In this document: positions 1 to 10,686 of the stretch, one piece after another | Layout: each line of letters begins with the position of its first letter | Numbering within the stretch: position 1 is the stretch's first letter | Assembly (NCBI GenBank): GCA_030036945.1 | Contig: JASHSB010000096.1 | Location: 1-40,550, forward strand | Direction: 5' to 3' | Length of the DNA: 40,550 nt | Source: Methylovirgula sp. | GTDB lineage: Bacteria; Pseudomonadota; Alphaproteobacteria; Rhizobiales; Beijerinckiaceae | Made by a program: the position numbers and the translations under genes | The notes under the pieces: generated by a model | The model's input: the letters and a program-made list of their open reading frames with translations, nothing else | What the model was told of the DNA's origin: nothing | The model's database searches: none

Positions 1-149
1 TGCAGCAAGGCGCGGTCTTTGTAGAAACGCAAAGTCCGCAGGTTGACCCGGAACTCGCGCGCCATCTCGCCGATCGTCCAGGCGCGCTCGCTTTGCGCCT
101 CAGGCGGCTCGATCCGGCTTTGGGCGGTATTGACGAGATTCATCTCCAT
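1..149 (-). CDS. MerR-family transcriptional regulator, 5' part only (runs off the window)
   Basis: Hand translation from ATG at 149: MEMNLVNTAQSRIEPPEAQSERAWTIGEMAREFRVNLRTLRFYKDRALL, which contains the MerR HTH pattern TIGE-A-----RTLRFY---LL. Missing from the ORF track because it is truncated. Confidence 0.85.
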   Translation of the reverse strand, partial: MEMNLVNTAQSRIEPPEAQSERAWTIGEMAREFRVNLRTLRFYKDRALL

Positions 150-269
150 GGCGGTTCCTCGTCGAAGGATTGGTCGAATCAATGATACGACTATAGATTG
201 CATCATTACGCTGTGCAACTTCAAGTCAAATGCGGTTTTCAGTAGCCTCTGTTTCAAAATCGAGCAGAG

Positions 270-285
270 TTAACCGGGTGTTTAC
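270..285 (+). promoter_or_regulatory. Putative CtrA-binding site upstream of the podJ-like gene
   Basis: TTAA-CCGGGTG-TTTAC is one mismatch from TTAA-N7-TTAAC. GANTC (CcrM) sites lie at 176, 338 and 369 in the same intergenic region. Confidence 0.5.
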
Positions 286-411
286 CGGGGTTACGGAAAT
301 TCAAAGAACAAAGGCGGCGCGCCGCGAAGCGAACGATGATTCGGCACCTTTCGCTTTTCCCGAGCAGCGATTCTTAAGTCGGGGCTTTCTCGATCTCCCG
401 CCGGAGAGAAC

Positions 412-3207
412 ATGATGAGAGCGGCTGCCTGGGGTGGCAAGGATCGGGAGGAAGACGCGGTGCGCCATGCGCAACGCGGCTCCGCGGAGGGCGCTTCAAC
501 GCGTCTCTACGCCAATCGACTGAAACGGGTGGAATCGACGCTGCACGCTTTGTTGGCGTCGGTAGCGTCTTCAGTCGACACTGAGCCGCCGGCAGCGGAC
601 CGGCCGCGATCCTTCAAGTCGCGTCCGTCGATAGGGGCGGCCATCGCCGAAGTCGCGCGGCGACAAAAGGAATTGGACGAAGAGGGCTGCGGTGCCGTTC
701 CGGCCGACGATCTGCAGCGGCAGCTTTCCGGACTATCCGCCAAGCTCGACGAGATGCGGCGCGAACAAGCGGCGCGCCAGGTTGAGCCTCCTTACCAGCC
801 CTACAAATTGCAGACCGAAACCTCGGATGTGTCGGATGCGCTGCAGGGCGTTGCCCAACACTGTTCGGTCGCCGCCCTTGAAGAGGCGATCCGTACGCTC
901 TCGCAAAAAACCGAGGCCTTGCGCAGCGAAAGCATCCGAGACGCCGTGGCTGAACCGCTCGAAGAACTCGTCGGCGAATTCAAGCGTTCGCTGGCGGCGA
1001 TCGATCCGCGCCCGACGATTGCCGGCGTCGAGGCCGAGCTGAAGCAACTTGGCGCCAAGCTTGAGAACCATTCCCGCCCGGATGTCGATTCTGCGGCCTT
1101 CGGGCGGATACAGCAGCAAACGCGGGAGATCTGCAACCTTTGGACGACGGCCGTGACCCGGCCGCTGCCGACCGCGCGGATCGAACAGCAGATCGAACGG
1201 TTGGCGGAAAGCATCGAGCGGCAGCGCGCCGAAGGCGGCGCCACCGGCGGCACGGCCGGGATCGAGGAACGGCTCGATGCGCTCGCCGCCAAGATTGAAG
1301 AAGCGCTCACCGAAACGTGCGACGAAAGCCGCTACGAGGCATTGGCGCGGCGCATCGACGATGTCCATCGCGATCTCGCTGAGCTGATCGCGGAACGTCC
1401 GGGGATGGATACGCGACTGTTCGAAAATCTCGTCGGCGAATTGGCGGAGAAGATCGAGCAGACCAAGGTGCAACCCGATCCGCGTGCGCTCAACGCTTTG
1501 GAGCGGCAGATCGCTGGATTTGCGCAACGGCTCGAGACGGCAACCAGCGGCCTTTCCTCGTTGGCGTCGTTGGAACAGACGATCAACGCGCGGTTTGCCG
1601 AGCTCGAACAAGGCCGGCGCGCGGCGCTTGAAGCGGCGCAGAATGCCGGCGATCGCAGCGTCGAAGCGACGAACATCGGACACGAACTGCAAAGACTGCG
1701 CGCCATGCAGGACGAAGCCGATCAGCGCACGGCTTCGACCTTGAACGCGGTCCACGAGACGCTCGAAAAGGTCGTCAACCGTCTTGCGACGATGGAAGAC
1801 GATGTCACGCCGTGCCCGAAAGTCTCGAACGAGATGCTTGCCTCCGGGCCGGCGCCGATCTTCGCGCCGGCACCGCAGCGCACTCCGCGGCAGAGCGACT
1901 TGGCGGATTTGCGGGACTTGCGGATCAGCCCGGAGCAGCTCGCAACACGGCACGACGACGGCAAGAAGGCGCCGCCGCCGCCCGCGGCGCTCGAAGATCT
2001 GCTGATCGAGCCGGGCAGCGGTTTTCCTGTACGGCATGAGGAAGATTCGCCCCGCGCCCGCGAGGCGCGAGAGCAGGAATGTCCGGCGACACGCGCCGAT
2101 TTCATTGCCGCGGCGCGGCGCGCCGCGCAGGCCGCGCAAACCGAGGCCGCCACGTCCGCCGAGCAAAACCCGGCGCGCGCGATAGCTTCGAAAGATCGTG
2201 CCGGCCTCGTCCGCCAGGCCCGCAACTTCATCGAGCAGCACAAGCGCCCAATGGTTCTTTCGCTTGCGATCTTGTTCGTCGCGATCGGTACCTACGCCGT
2301 CGTCAAGAGCGTGGGCCGCGCGGCGCCAACCGGTGTCTCTTCGAGCGCCGATACGCCGGCCGTTGCGATGACCGTTCCTCCGCAAATCACGCCGCCGGCG
2401 GCACCCGCGGTAAAGACCGCCGCGCTCCCGCTACCGGCGGCGCTTACGCCGCCGGTAGCGCCCGGCGTCGATACCATGCCCACCGCGTCCATTCCGCAGC
2501 CGAAGGCGGTGGCGCCTGACATTACCCAGAGCGATCCGCAAGCCGCCGCGGCGGCCGGCGACGCCAAGGCGCAGTTCCTCTTGGCGACCAATTACGCGGA
2601 AGGCCGAAACCTGCCCCGCAATCTCTCCGCGGCGGCGGCGTGGTACACGAAAGCGGCGGCGCAAGGCCTCGCGCCCGCCCAATATCGTCTCGGCGGTTTC
2701 TACGAGAAGGGACTCGGCGTCATGCACGACCTCGATCGGGCGAAAAACTTGTACCAAAGGGCCGCGGAACAAGGAAACGTCCGCGCCATGCACAATCTCG
2801 CGGTGCTCGCGGCGGACGGCGGGAACGCCGGCAAGCCGGATTATGCGACCGCGGCGCAATGGTTCAAGAAAGCCGCCGAATACGGCGTACGCGACAGTCA
2901 ATATAATTTCGCCGTTCTTCTCGCCCGCGGTCTCGGCGTCCAGCAGAATTTCGTCGCGGCTTATATGTGGTTTTCGATTGTCGCCGCGCAAGGCGATGAC
3001 GATGCCGCCCGCAAGCGCGACGATGTCGGCGCGCGGCTCAATGCCAACGAACTTGCCGCGGCTAAAGCCCTGGCCGACGCCTTCCGCGCCAAGACGCCAG
3101 ATCCTTCCGCCAATGACGTTGAGGTGCCAAACGGCGGATGGATCTCTTCAGTGCCTTCTTCGGGAACGACGAACAAGACGCAGCACCCCAAAACCACTTT
3201 GATGTGA
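412..3207 (+). CDS. podJ: PodJ-like polar organising protein (coiled coil, TM helix, Sel1 repeats)
   Basis: Long N-terminal coiled coil, RADFIAAARRAAQAA motif, TM segment PMVLSLAILFVAIGTYAVV and four Sel1-like repeats (e.g. AQYRLGGFYEKGLGV...YQRAAEQG). GGAGAG RBS upstream. Confidence 0.8.
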   Translation: MMRAAAWGGKDREEDAVRHAQRGSAEGASTRLYANRLKRVESTLHALLASVASSVDTEPPAADRPRSFKSRPSIGAAIAEVARRQKELDEEGCGAVPADDLQRQLSGLSAKLDEMRREQAARQVEPPYQPYKLQTETSDVSDALQGVAQHCSVAALEEAIRTLSQKTEALRSESIRDAVAEPLEELVGEFKRSLAAIDPRPTIAGVEAELKQLGAKLENHSRPDVDSAAFGRIQQQTREICNLWTTAVTRPLPTARIEQQIERLAESIERQRAEGGATGGTAGIEERLDALAAKIEEALTETCDESRYEALARRIDDVHRDLAELIAERPGMDTRLFENLVGELAEKIEQTKVQPDPRALNALERQIAGFAQRLETATSGLSSLASLEQTINARFAELEQGRRAALEAAQNAGDRSVEATNIGHELQRLRAMQDEADQRTASTLNAVHETLEKVVNRLATMEDDVTPCPKVSNEMLASGPAPIFAPAPQRTPRQSDLADLRDLRISPEQLATRHDDGKKAPPPPAALEDLLIEPGSGFPVRHEEDSPRAREAREQECPATRADFIAAARRAAQAAQTEAATSAEQNPARAIASKDRAGLVRQARNFIEQHKRPMVLSLAILFVAIGTYAVVKSVGRAAPTGVSSSADTPAVAMTVPPQITPPAAPAVKTAALPLPAALTPPVAPGVDTMPTASIPQPKAVAPDITQSDPQAAAAAGDAKAQFLLATNYAEGRNLPRNLSAAAAWYTKAAAQGLAPAQYRLGGFYEKGLGVMHDLDRAKNLYQRAAEQGNVRAMHNLAVLAADGGNAGKPDYATAAQWFKKAAEYGVRDSQYNFAVLLARGLGVQQNFVAAYMWFSIVAAQGDDDAARKRDDVGARLNANELAAAKALADAFRAKTPDPSANDVEVPNGGWISSVPSSGTTNKTQHPKTTLM

Positions 3208-3229
3208 AGGCGGCTCGCCGCCGCGTCTC

Positions 3230-3598
3230 TCAACGACGCCCGCCCATGCGGCAGGTGCCCGTCGGCGTCGTTTCTCCGGGCATGAAGATGCGCACGCTCC
3301 AGCCCGATAGACCAGCGGCGGTTCCTTCGCCGCAAATCTCCCGCGCCGTATCGCTTGCGAGCTGCCGTTCGACGTCGCGGCCGACCGGCGAAGCGCTCGG
3401 CACCGCCGCCACGACATCGAGCGAATGCGCGGCGGCATTGATGTCGTAATGGGTGATGAGCCCGACGGATTTATGGGCGTCGCCGAGCGTGCCGAGGATT
3501 CGCATCGGGTCCGCATGCGCGACGTCCGTCGGCGCGCCGGCGGCGAAGGCGAGCACTGCGGACGGTAGCAAGGCGAATTGGCATACTACTTTGCGCAT
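3230..3598 (-). CDS. Small hypothetical exported protein
   Basis: 122 aa with a signal-peptide-like N-terminus (MRKVVCQFALLPSAVLAFAA) and two Cys in the mature part. It fills the gap between podJ and pdeM. Confidence 0.6.
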   Translation of the reverse strand: MRKVVCQFALLPSAVLAFAAGAPTDVAHADPMRILGTLGDAHKSVGLITHYDINAAAHSLDVVAAVPSASPVGRDVERQLASDTAREICGEGTAAGLSGWSVRIFMPGETTPTGTCRMGGRR

Positions 3599-3748
3599 CG
3601 ATTCAAACCTTTATCGAGGAAAGATGCACTTCATCCATAACAAGAGAAAGCGTCCCCGCCGGCATTTTTGCGCGGAGTCGGCAGAGTTTTCAACCGGGAA
3701 GCTTCCGCGGAACCGCTTATAAAAATGCGCGACAAATTTCCTCAGGCA

Positions 3749-4480
3749 TCAATCCGGCAGACACTGGTTCTGCGCCACGCGATAAATCCGCTCGCGGCCG
3801 AGCACATGCACGAAAACCCGGCCGCCGCGTCGAAACAGCGTCGCAAAAGCGTCGTCGCATAGATTGAGGCCGCCCGCATAGGCGCCGAAGGCCGGCAGTA
3901 CGCAACGGATCGCGTCGCTGACGAAACAGCGCCGCCGGACCGAGCCGCCGACGCCGGCGACGCGCGCCGTGGGATGTAAATGGCCGGCGATCTCCGGCGA
4001 GCCCGCCTGCGCCTCAGGCCTATGGCGAAAGGCGATGCCGGCAATCTCCAGTTCGGCAATGCGGACGCCGCCGAGCTCGGCCGATAGGTGCGGATCGTGA
4101 TTGCCGGCAATCCAGATCCAATCGCGGCCGTGTTGCATGCGGTAAAGCGCGGCGCGATCCGGCCCCGAAAGCCGCACGGCGCCCTCGACATCGTGGAAGG
4201 AGTCGCCAAGCGCCAATACGGCGCGCGGCGCATAGCGGGCGATCAGCGCGCCGAGCGCGGCGAGCGTCGCTGTGGTGTCGTAGGGCGGCAGAAACACGCG
4301 CCGGGCAGCATAGGCCGAGCCTTTTTCAAGGTGAAGATCGGCGACTGCGAGCAGCCGCTCCTCGCGCCAATAGAGCGCCCCCATCGGGTCGGCCACGAAT
4401 TGGGCGCGCCCGAGCCCGAGAAGATGCTCGGCCGCGCGCCAAGAGTCGCCCATGCTGTTGTCGCGTTGCAGGCTGTTCAT
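3749..4480 (-). CDS. pdeM: Ligase-associated DNA damage response metallophosphoesterase (PdeM-like)
   Basis: Calcineurin-like motifs ADLHLEKG, LPPYDT, LGDSFHD, GNHD, GHLHP and PAFG. Start taken at ATG 4480 (alternative 4453). Confidence 0.85.
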   Translation of the reverse strand: MNSLQRDNSMGDSWRAAEHLLGLGRAQFVADPMGALYWREERLLAVADLHLEKGSAYAARRVFLPPYDTTATLAALGALIARYAPRAVLALGDSFHDVEGAVRLSGPDRAALYRMQHGRDWIWIAGNHDPHLSAELGGVRIAELEIAGIAFRHRPEAQAGSPEIAGHLHPTARVAGVGGSVRRRCFVSDAIRCVLPAFGAYAGGLNLCDDAFATLFRRGGRVFVHVLGRERIYRVAQNQCLPD

Positions 4481-4620
4481 AAGGATCGGCGCGCAAGGCC
4501 AGCGGGAGAAACCGAACGATTTGCCCACTATGCCGAGCCCGCTTGCTCCGATCAAGAAGACACGGAACTTCGGCACAAGATGTGCAATTTGCGGCACGGC
4601 AGGCACGTCTCGGCACCGCT

Positions 4621-4648
4621 TTGCCGGCTCCCGCCGCGATGCTATAGG
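4621..4648 (+). promoter_or_regulatory. Putative sigma70-type promoter of icd
   Basis: TTGCCG-16 bp-TATAGG with GCTATA context, about 40 bp upstream of the icd ATG. Confidence 0.35.
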
Positions 4649-4689
4649 GGCGGCGCAATCCCCAGGCCATTCCCCACGAAGGTTTCTCG

Positions 4690-5913
4690 ATGAACAAGAT
4701 CAAGGTCGCCAATCCCGTCGTCGATCTCGACGGCGACGAGATGACCCGGATCATCTGGCACCTTATCCGCGATAAACTCGTCGATCCCTATCTCGATATC
4801 GATCTCGAATATTACGATCTCTCGATCCAGAATCGTGACGCGACCGACGACCAGGTGACGATCGACGCCGCCAACGCGGTAAAAAAATGGGGCGTCGGCG
4901 CGAAATGCGCGACTATCACGCCCGACGAGGTGCGGGTCGCCGAATTCGGTCTCAAGGAAATGTGGAGGTCGCCGAACGGAACGATCCGCAACATCCTCGG
5001 CGGCGTCATCTTCCGCGAGCCGATCATCTGCCGGAATGTACCGCGTCTGGTGCCCGGCTGGACGGCGCCGATCGTCGTCGGCCGTCATGCCTTCGGCGAC
5101 CAATACCGCGCCGTCGATTTCAAGGTGCCGGACAGCGGGCGGCTTTCCATCAAATTCGAGGGCGACGACGGCAAGGTCATCGAGAAGGAAGTGTTCAGTT
5201 TCCCGGGTGCCGGCGTGGCGCTCGCCATGTACAATCTCGACGATTCGATCCGCGATTTCGCACGCGCCTCGCTGAATTACGGTCTGCTGCGCAAATATCC
5301 GGTCTTTCTCTCGACCAAGAACACGATCCTCAAGTTCTACGACGGCCGTTTCCGGGATATTTTCCAAGAGGTCTACGAGAAGGAATTCAAGGAGCGCTAT
5401 AAGGCTGCGCGGATCACCTACGAGCACCGGCTGATCGACGACATGGTCGCCTCGGCGCTCAAATGGTCGGGGGGTTACGTCTGGGCCTGCAAGAACTACG
5501 ACGGCGACGTGCAGTCGGACGCGGTCGCGCAAGGCTTCGGCTCGCTTGGGCTCATGACCTCGGTGCTCTTGACTCCGGACGGCAAGACGGTCGAGGCGGA
5601 GGCCGCGCACGGCACGGTGACGCGGCATTACCGCGAATATCAGAAGGGCAGGGAGACTTCGACCAATTCCATCGCGTCGATCTTTGCCTGGACGCGGGCG
5701 CTTGCCCACCGCGCCAAGCTTGACGACAATGCCGAGCTCGCCAAGTTCGCCGCCACCTTGGAAAAGGTTTGCGTCGAAACGGTCGAATCCGGATCGATGA
5801 CCAAGGATCTGGCGCTGCTCGTCGGCTCCGAGCAGAAATGGCTTTCGACCACCGGCTTTCTCGACAAGATCAGCGAGAATTTGCAGCGCGCCATGCAGCC
5901 CGCCGCGGCCTGA
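4690..5913 (+). CDS. icd: NADP-dependent isocitrate dehydrogenase
   Basis: Motifs [41 protein letters not shown] and [10 protein letters not shown]. Confidence 0.98.
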   Translation: MNKIKVANPVVDLDGDEMTRIIWHLIRDKLVDPYLDIDLEYYDLSIQNRDATDDQVTIDAANAVKKWGVGAKCATITPDEVRVAEFGLKEMWRSPNGTIRNILGGVIFREPIICRNVPRLVPGWTAPIVVGRHAFGDQYRAVDFKVPDSGRLSIKFEGDDGKVIEKEVFSFPGAGVALAMYNLDDSIRDFARASLNYGLLRKYPVFLSTKNTILKFYDGRFRDIFQEVYEKEFKERYKAARITYEHRLIDDMVASALKWSGGYVWACKNYDGDVQSDAVAQGFGSLGLMTSVLLTPDGKTVEAEAAHGTVTRHYREYQKGRETSTNSIASIFAWTRALAHRAKLDDNAELAKFAATLEKVCVETVESGSMTKDLALLVGSEQKWLSTTGFLDKISENLQRAMQPAAA

Positions 5914-6019
5914 CGGGGTCGGGCGCTTCGATCCGCCCTTCTTGCGGCCAATATTGTATCGCCCCTGGCATCCCGTTATAAGGCCAGCGTTTTGGTTTGG
6001 GGTGCGGGGATTTCGAAAC

Positions 6020-6439
6020 GTGCCGACCGATACGATCGATGCGGACTATCGACCGTCCGAAGACGAACCTTTCATGAATGAACGCCAGCGCGAATATTTC
6101 CGCCGCAAACTGCTGGCGTGGAAAAACGACATCCTGCGCGAAGCGCGCGAGACGCTTGTCGTCCTGCAAAACGACAATGAGAACCTGCCCGATCTGGCGG
6201 ACCGGGCCTCTTCGGAAACCGATCGCGCCATCGAACTGCGGGCCCGCGACCGGCAGCGCAAGTTGATCGCCAAGATCGATTCCGCACTGGGCCGCCTCGA
6301 CGACGGCACCTACGGATATTGCGAGGAAACGGGCGAACCGATCTCGCTGAAGCGGCTCGACGCACGCCCGATCGCCACGTTCTCGATCGAGGCGCAGGAG
6401 CGCCACGAGCGCCGCGAACGCGTCTATCGCGAAGAGTGA
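6020..6439 (+). CDS. dksA: RNA polymerase-binding protein DksA
   Basis: YRPSEDEPFMNERQREYFR, DLADRA coiled-coil tip, GTYGYCEETGEPI. Probable GTG start at 6020. Confidence 0.95.
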   Translation: MPTDTIDADYRPSEDEPFMNERQREYFRRKLLAWKNDILREARETLVVLQNDNENLPDLADRASSETDRAIELRARDRQRKLIAKIDSALGRLDDGTYGYCEETGEPISLKRLDARPIATFSIEAQERHERRERVYREE

Positions 6440-6571
6440 ATGCCCCTTTTGCGCGGGCACGAAAGGGAATTCGTCAAATTGCTTCCTATGTAACATCCGG
6501 TTAGGGTCGGCGCGGCGCCTGCGGGAGCTTCGCCGCGCGTTGAATTTTCATGCCTTTCCGGAAAAGCGACC

Positions 6572-7903
6572 ATGTCTCTGCCGGCTACCGTTCCGCTCAC
6601 CCCTTCCGCTGCGACTCCCGCCAAGCCGGCCGGCCCGCGCGTCGCTTCGGCGCGGCTCGACAATGGGCTCGATATCGTGGTCGTTCCCGATCATCGCGCT
6701 CCCGTGGTTACCCACATGGTTTGGTATCGCAACGGTTCGGCGGACGATCCGATCGGCAAATCAGGAATCGCGCATTTCCTCGAACATCTGATGTTCAAAG
6801 GGACGAAGGGTCATCCGGCAGGAGAATTCTCGGAGCTGATCGCCGGGCTCGGCGGTCAGGAGAATGCCTTCACCTCGACCGACTTCACCGCCTATTTCCA
6901 GCGCGTCGCCAAGGAGCACTTGAAGATCTGCATGGAATACGAGGCCGACCGCATGTCGAACCTCGTGCTCGCCGGCGAGGTGGTCGTGCCGGAGCGCGAG
7001 GTCGTACTCGAAGAGCGCCGGATGCGGACCGATTCCGATCCCGCCGATCTCTTGAACGAGGCGGTGCAGGCGGCGCTGTTCACGCGCCATCCTTACGGCT
7101 CGCCAGTGATCGGCTGGCAAAGCGACATCGAGGGGCTCGGACGCGCCGACGCGCTCGCCTATTACGACCGTTTCTATACGCCGGAAAATGCGATCCTCAT
7201 CGTCGCCGGCGACGTCGAACCTGCCGCCGTCATCGATCTGGCGCGCGCGATCTACGGCCGCATTTCCGCTCGCGGCGAAACGCCGAAGCGCATCCGGGTA
7301 CGCGAGCCAGACGTTCGCGCCCACCGGCTCGTGACGCTTGCCGACCCGAAGGTCGAACAGCCGTCCTACCAGACGGTATTCCTCGTTCCCTCCTATCGCA
7401 CCGCCGCGTCCGGCGAGGCGGAGGCGCTAGAAGTGCTCGCCCATCATCTAGGAGGCGGCCCGGCGAGCCTGCTGTTCAAGGCGCTGGTGATCGACAAAAA
7501 GATCGCCGTCTCGGCCGGCGCTTATTACGACGGCACAGCGCTCAATGACACGCGCTTCTACGCTTACGCCACGCCGGCGCCGGGTGTCAGCTTGGAAACG
7601 CTCGATACCGAAATCGCCCGGCTCATCGCCGAGGTCGCGGCGCATGGGATCGCCGAAGCCGATCTCGCCCGCGTCAAGACGCGGCTCGTCGCCGACGCCG
7701 TCTATGCGCAGGACAGCCAGGTGGCGCTGGCGCATTGGTATGGCGCTTCGCTGGCAATCGGCCTGTCGCTTGCCGACATCGCGGCATGGCCGGAACGGAT
7801 CGAAACGGTGCGCGCCGCCGACGTCGTCAAGGCGACGCGCTGGCTGGATGCGCGGCGCAGCGTCACCGGGTTCCTGCTGCCCGAAGCGGCCGCAGCGGCG
7901 TGA
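6572..7903 (+). CDS. M16 (pitrilysin-family) zinc peptidase, catalytic subunit
   Basis: Inverted Zn motif HFLEH in GIAHFLEHLMFKGT, plus NAFTS and EREVVLEE. Confidence 0.93.
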   Translation: MSLPATVPLTPSAATPAKPAGPRVASARLDNGLDIVVVPDHRAPVVTHMVWYRNGSADDPIGKSGIAHFLEHLMFKGTKGHPAGEFSELIAGLGGQENAFTSTDFTAYFQRVAKEHLKICMEYEADRMSNLVLAGEVVVPEREVVLEERRMRTDSDPADLLNEAVQAALFTRHPYGSPVIGWQSDIEGLGRADALAYYDRFYTPENAILIVAGDVEPAAVIDLARAIYGRISARGETPKRIRVREPDVRAHRLVTLADPKVEQPSYQTVFLVPSYRTAASGEAEALEVLAHHLGGGPASLLFKALVIDKKIAVSAGAYYDGTALNDTRFYAYATPAPGVSLETLDTEIARLIAEVAAHGIAEADLARVKTRLVADAVYAQDSQVALAHWYGASLAIGLSLADIAAWPERIETVRAADVVKATRWLDARRSVTGFLLPEAAAAA

Positions 7904-7910
7904 GGCGCTT

Positions 7911-9206
7911 ATGGGCACCCATTCCAAGACGGAGATAAAAGAAGGCCTGCCGGCCTCACGCGCCGCCCGCGTGCGCAAGGTCCTCTCTCCGGGCGGCATC
8001 GAAGCGTGGCTCGTCGAAGATTATGCCGTGCCGCTCATCGCGCTCGAATTCGCTCTGATCGGCGGTGCGGCGCAGGAGCCGAAAGGCAAGCCGGGCGTTG
8101 CGACGCTGCTGGCCGGACTGCTCGACGAAGGGGCGGGGCCTTACGATTCGGACGCCTTCCATCGCGCCCTCGAGGATCAGGCGATCGAACTGTCGTTTTC
8201 GGCGGATCGCGATTTTCTTTCCGGCCGGATGCAAACGCTCGCCCGCAACAAAGCGCGGGCCTTCGAGCTGCTGCGTCTCGCGGCGACGGAAGCGCGGCTC
8301 GAGGCAGATGCTTTCGAGCGGGTGAAGAGCCAAGTCGCCGCCGGATTGAAACGCGACTTGAACGATCCCGATACCGTCGCGAGCCGCACTTTTCGGCGCC
8401 TCGCCTATCCCGAGCATCCCTACGGCGCGCCGCTGCGCGGCGATCTCGGTACGCTCGAAGCGCTCCGTCGCGCCGATGTCGCCGATCTGCGCGCCGCGAA
8501 TTTCGCGCGCGACAATTTGAAGATCGCCGTGGTGGGAGCGATCGACGCCGAAACGCTTGGCAGGACGCTCGACGAGGTGTTCGGCGCACTGCCGGAGAAG
8601 GCCGCGCTCGCGCCGGTCGCCGATATTGTCTTCGCCGGCGCCGGCACGCGCCACGTCGTCGATCTCGACGTGCCGCAATCGACGATCCGCTTCGGCCGCC
8701 AGGCGATCGCCCGCGCCGACAAAGATTTCATTGCCGCCACGGTGGTCAATCACGTGCTCGGCGGCGGCGTATTTTCGGCGCGGCTCTTCAAGGAGGTCCG
8801 CGAGAAGCGCGGGCTCGCTTATTCGGTTTATTCGCGGCTCGTCGATCAGGATCACGCCGCGATGTTGTGGGGCGGCACTTCGACCAAGAACGAACGCGCC
8901 GCGGAATCGATGCAGGTGATCGAGGCCGAAATCCGCGATCTGAGCGAAGCGGGACCGAGCCAGGATGAGCTGGAGAAGGCGAAGCAATATCTCATCGGTT
9001 CCTATGCGCTGCGCTTCGACACCTCGACCAAGATCGCCAGCCTTCTCGCCCGCCTGCAGGCGGAAGGCTACGGCATCGATTTTCTCGACGAGCGCAACCG
9101 GCTGATCGCCGCCGTCACGCTGGCCGACGCCAAACGCGCCGCGCGGCGGCTCTTCGGCGACGGCGCGCTGCTCGTCACCGTGGCGGGACGGCCGGCGGGA
9201 ATGTAA
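7911..9206 (+). CDS. M16 peptidase, non-catalytic partner subunit
   Basis: SPGGIEAWLVED and RLFKEVREKRGLAYS motifs, no HxxEH. ATG 7911 lies 7 nt after the partner's stop. Confidence 0.9.
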   Translation: MGTHSKTEIKEGLPASRAARVRKVLSPGGIEAWLVEDYAVPLIALEFALIGGAAQEPKGKPGVATLLAGLLDEGAGPYDSDAFHRALEDQAIELSFSADRDFLSGRMQTLARNKARAFELLRLAATEARLEADAFERVKSQVAAGLKRDLNDPDTVASRTFRRLAYPEHPYGAPLRGDLGTLEALRRADVADLRAANFARDNLKIAVVGAIDAETLGRTLDEVFGALPEKAALAPVADIVFAGAGTRHVVDLDVPQSTIRFGRQAIARADKDFIAATVVNHVLGGGVFSARLFKEVREKRGLAYSVYSRLVDQDHAAMLWGGTSTKNERAAESMQVIEAEIRDLSEAGPSQDELEKAKQYLIGSYALRFDTSTKIASLLARLQAEGYGIDFLDERNRLIAAVTLADAKRAARRLFGDGALLVTVAGRPAGM

Positions 9207-9209
9207 AGT

Positions 9210-9290
9210 CCTTCTCCCCGCTTGCGGGGAGAGGGCAGGGTGAGGGGCCGGGGGATTTGCATCATCGCAGCCAGTCTCCTCCTCGCCCCT
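9210..9290. repeat. Left part of a composite palindromic REP-like unit, interrupted by IS110 copy 1
   Basis: Hairpin CCTTCTCCCCGC-TT-GCGGGGAGAGGG, then GGGTGAGGGGC, a spacer and GCCCCT. It continues as CACCCCGGCCCTCTCC at 10430. Confidence 0.85.
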
Positions 9291-9299
9291 TGTATCTGT

Positions 9300-10412
<1,113 letters not shown>

Positions 10413-10429
10413 CAGCTAAGACAGTCGCT

Positions 10430-10472
10430 CACCCCGGCCCTCTCCTCTATTCGCTTGGCTCAGGGGAGAGGG
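10430..10472. repeat. Right part of the REP-like unit interrupted by IS110 copy 1
   Basis: CACCCCGG followed by the hairpin CCCTCTCCT...GGGGAGAGGG. Confidence 0.8.
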
Positions 10473-10488
10473 AGAGATCAGCGCCGCC

Positions 10489-10606
10489 ATGCCCGTCCGC
10501 CCCCTCCATCCAGTGCTTGTCGATCGCATCGCCACCGGCGAAATGGTCGAACGGTCCCTCGGCGGTGAAGGAGCGGCGTTCGACGTCGGTGCGACACACA
10601 TCGATC
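10489..10606 (+). pseudogene. Degenerate duplicate of the mutL 5' end
   Basis: MPVRPLHPVLVDRIATGEMVERS...AFDVGATHID aligns with MutL MPVRRLDPMLVDRIAAGEVVERP...ALDAGARRIE at 12507. Both share the upstream GAGATCAGCGCCGCCATGCC. Confidence 0.85.
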
Positions 10607-10686
10607 GAGTTGACTTCGCCGTGGATGCGGCCAGGGGTGTGCTACAGAGCGGCGGCCCAATCGTCACCAGGCCGGATCCGACGCAA

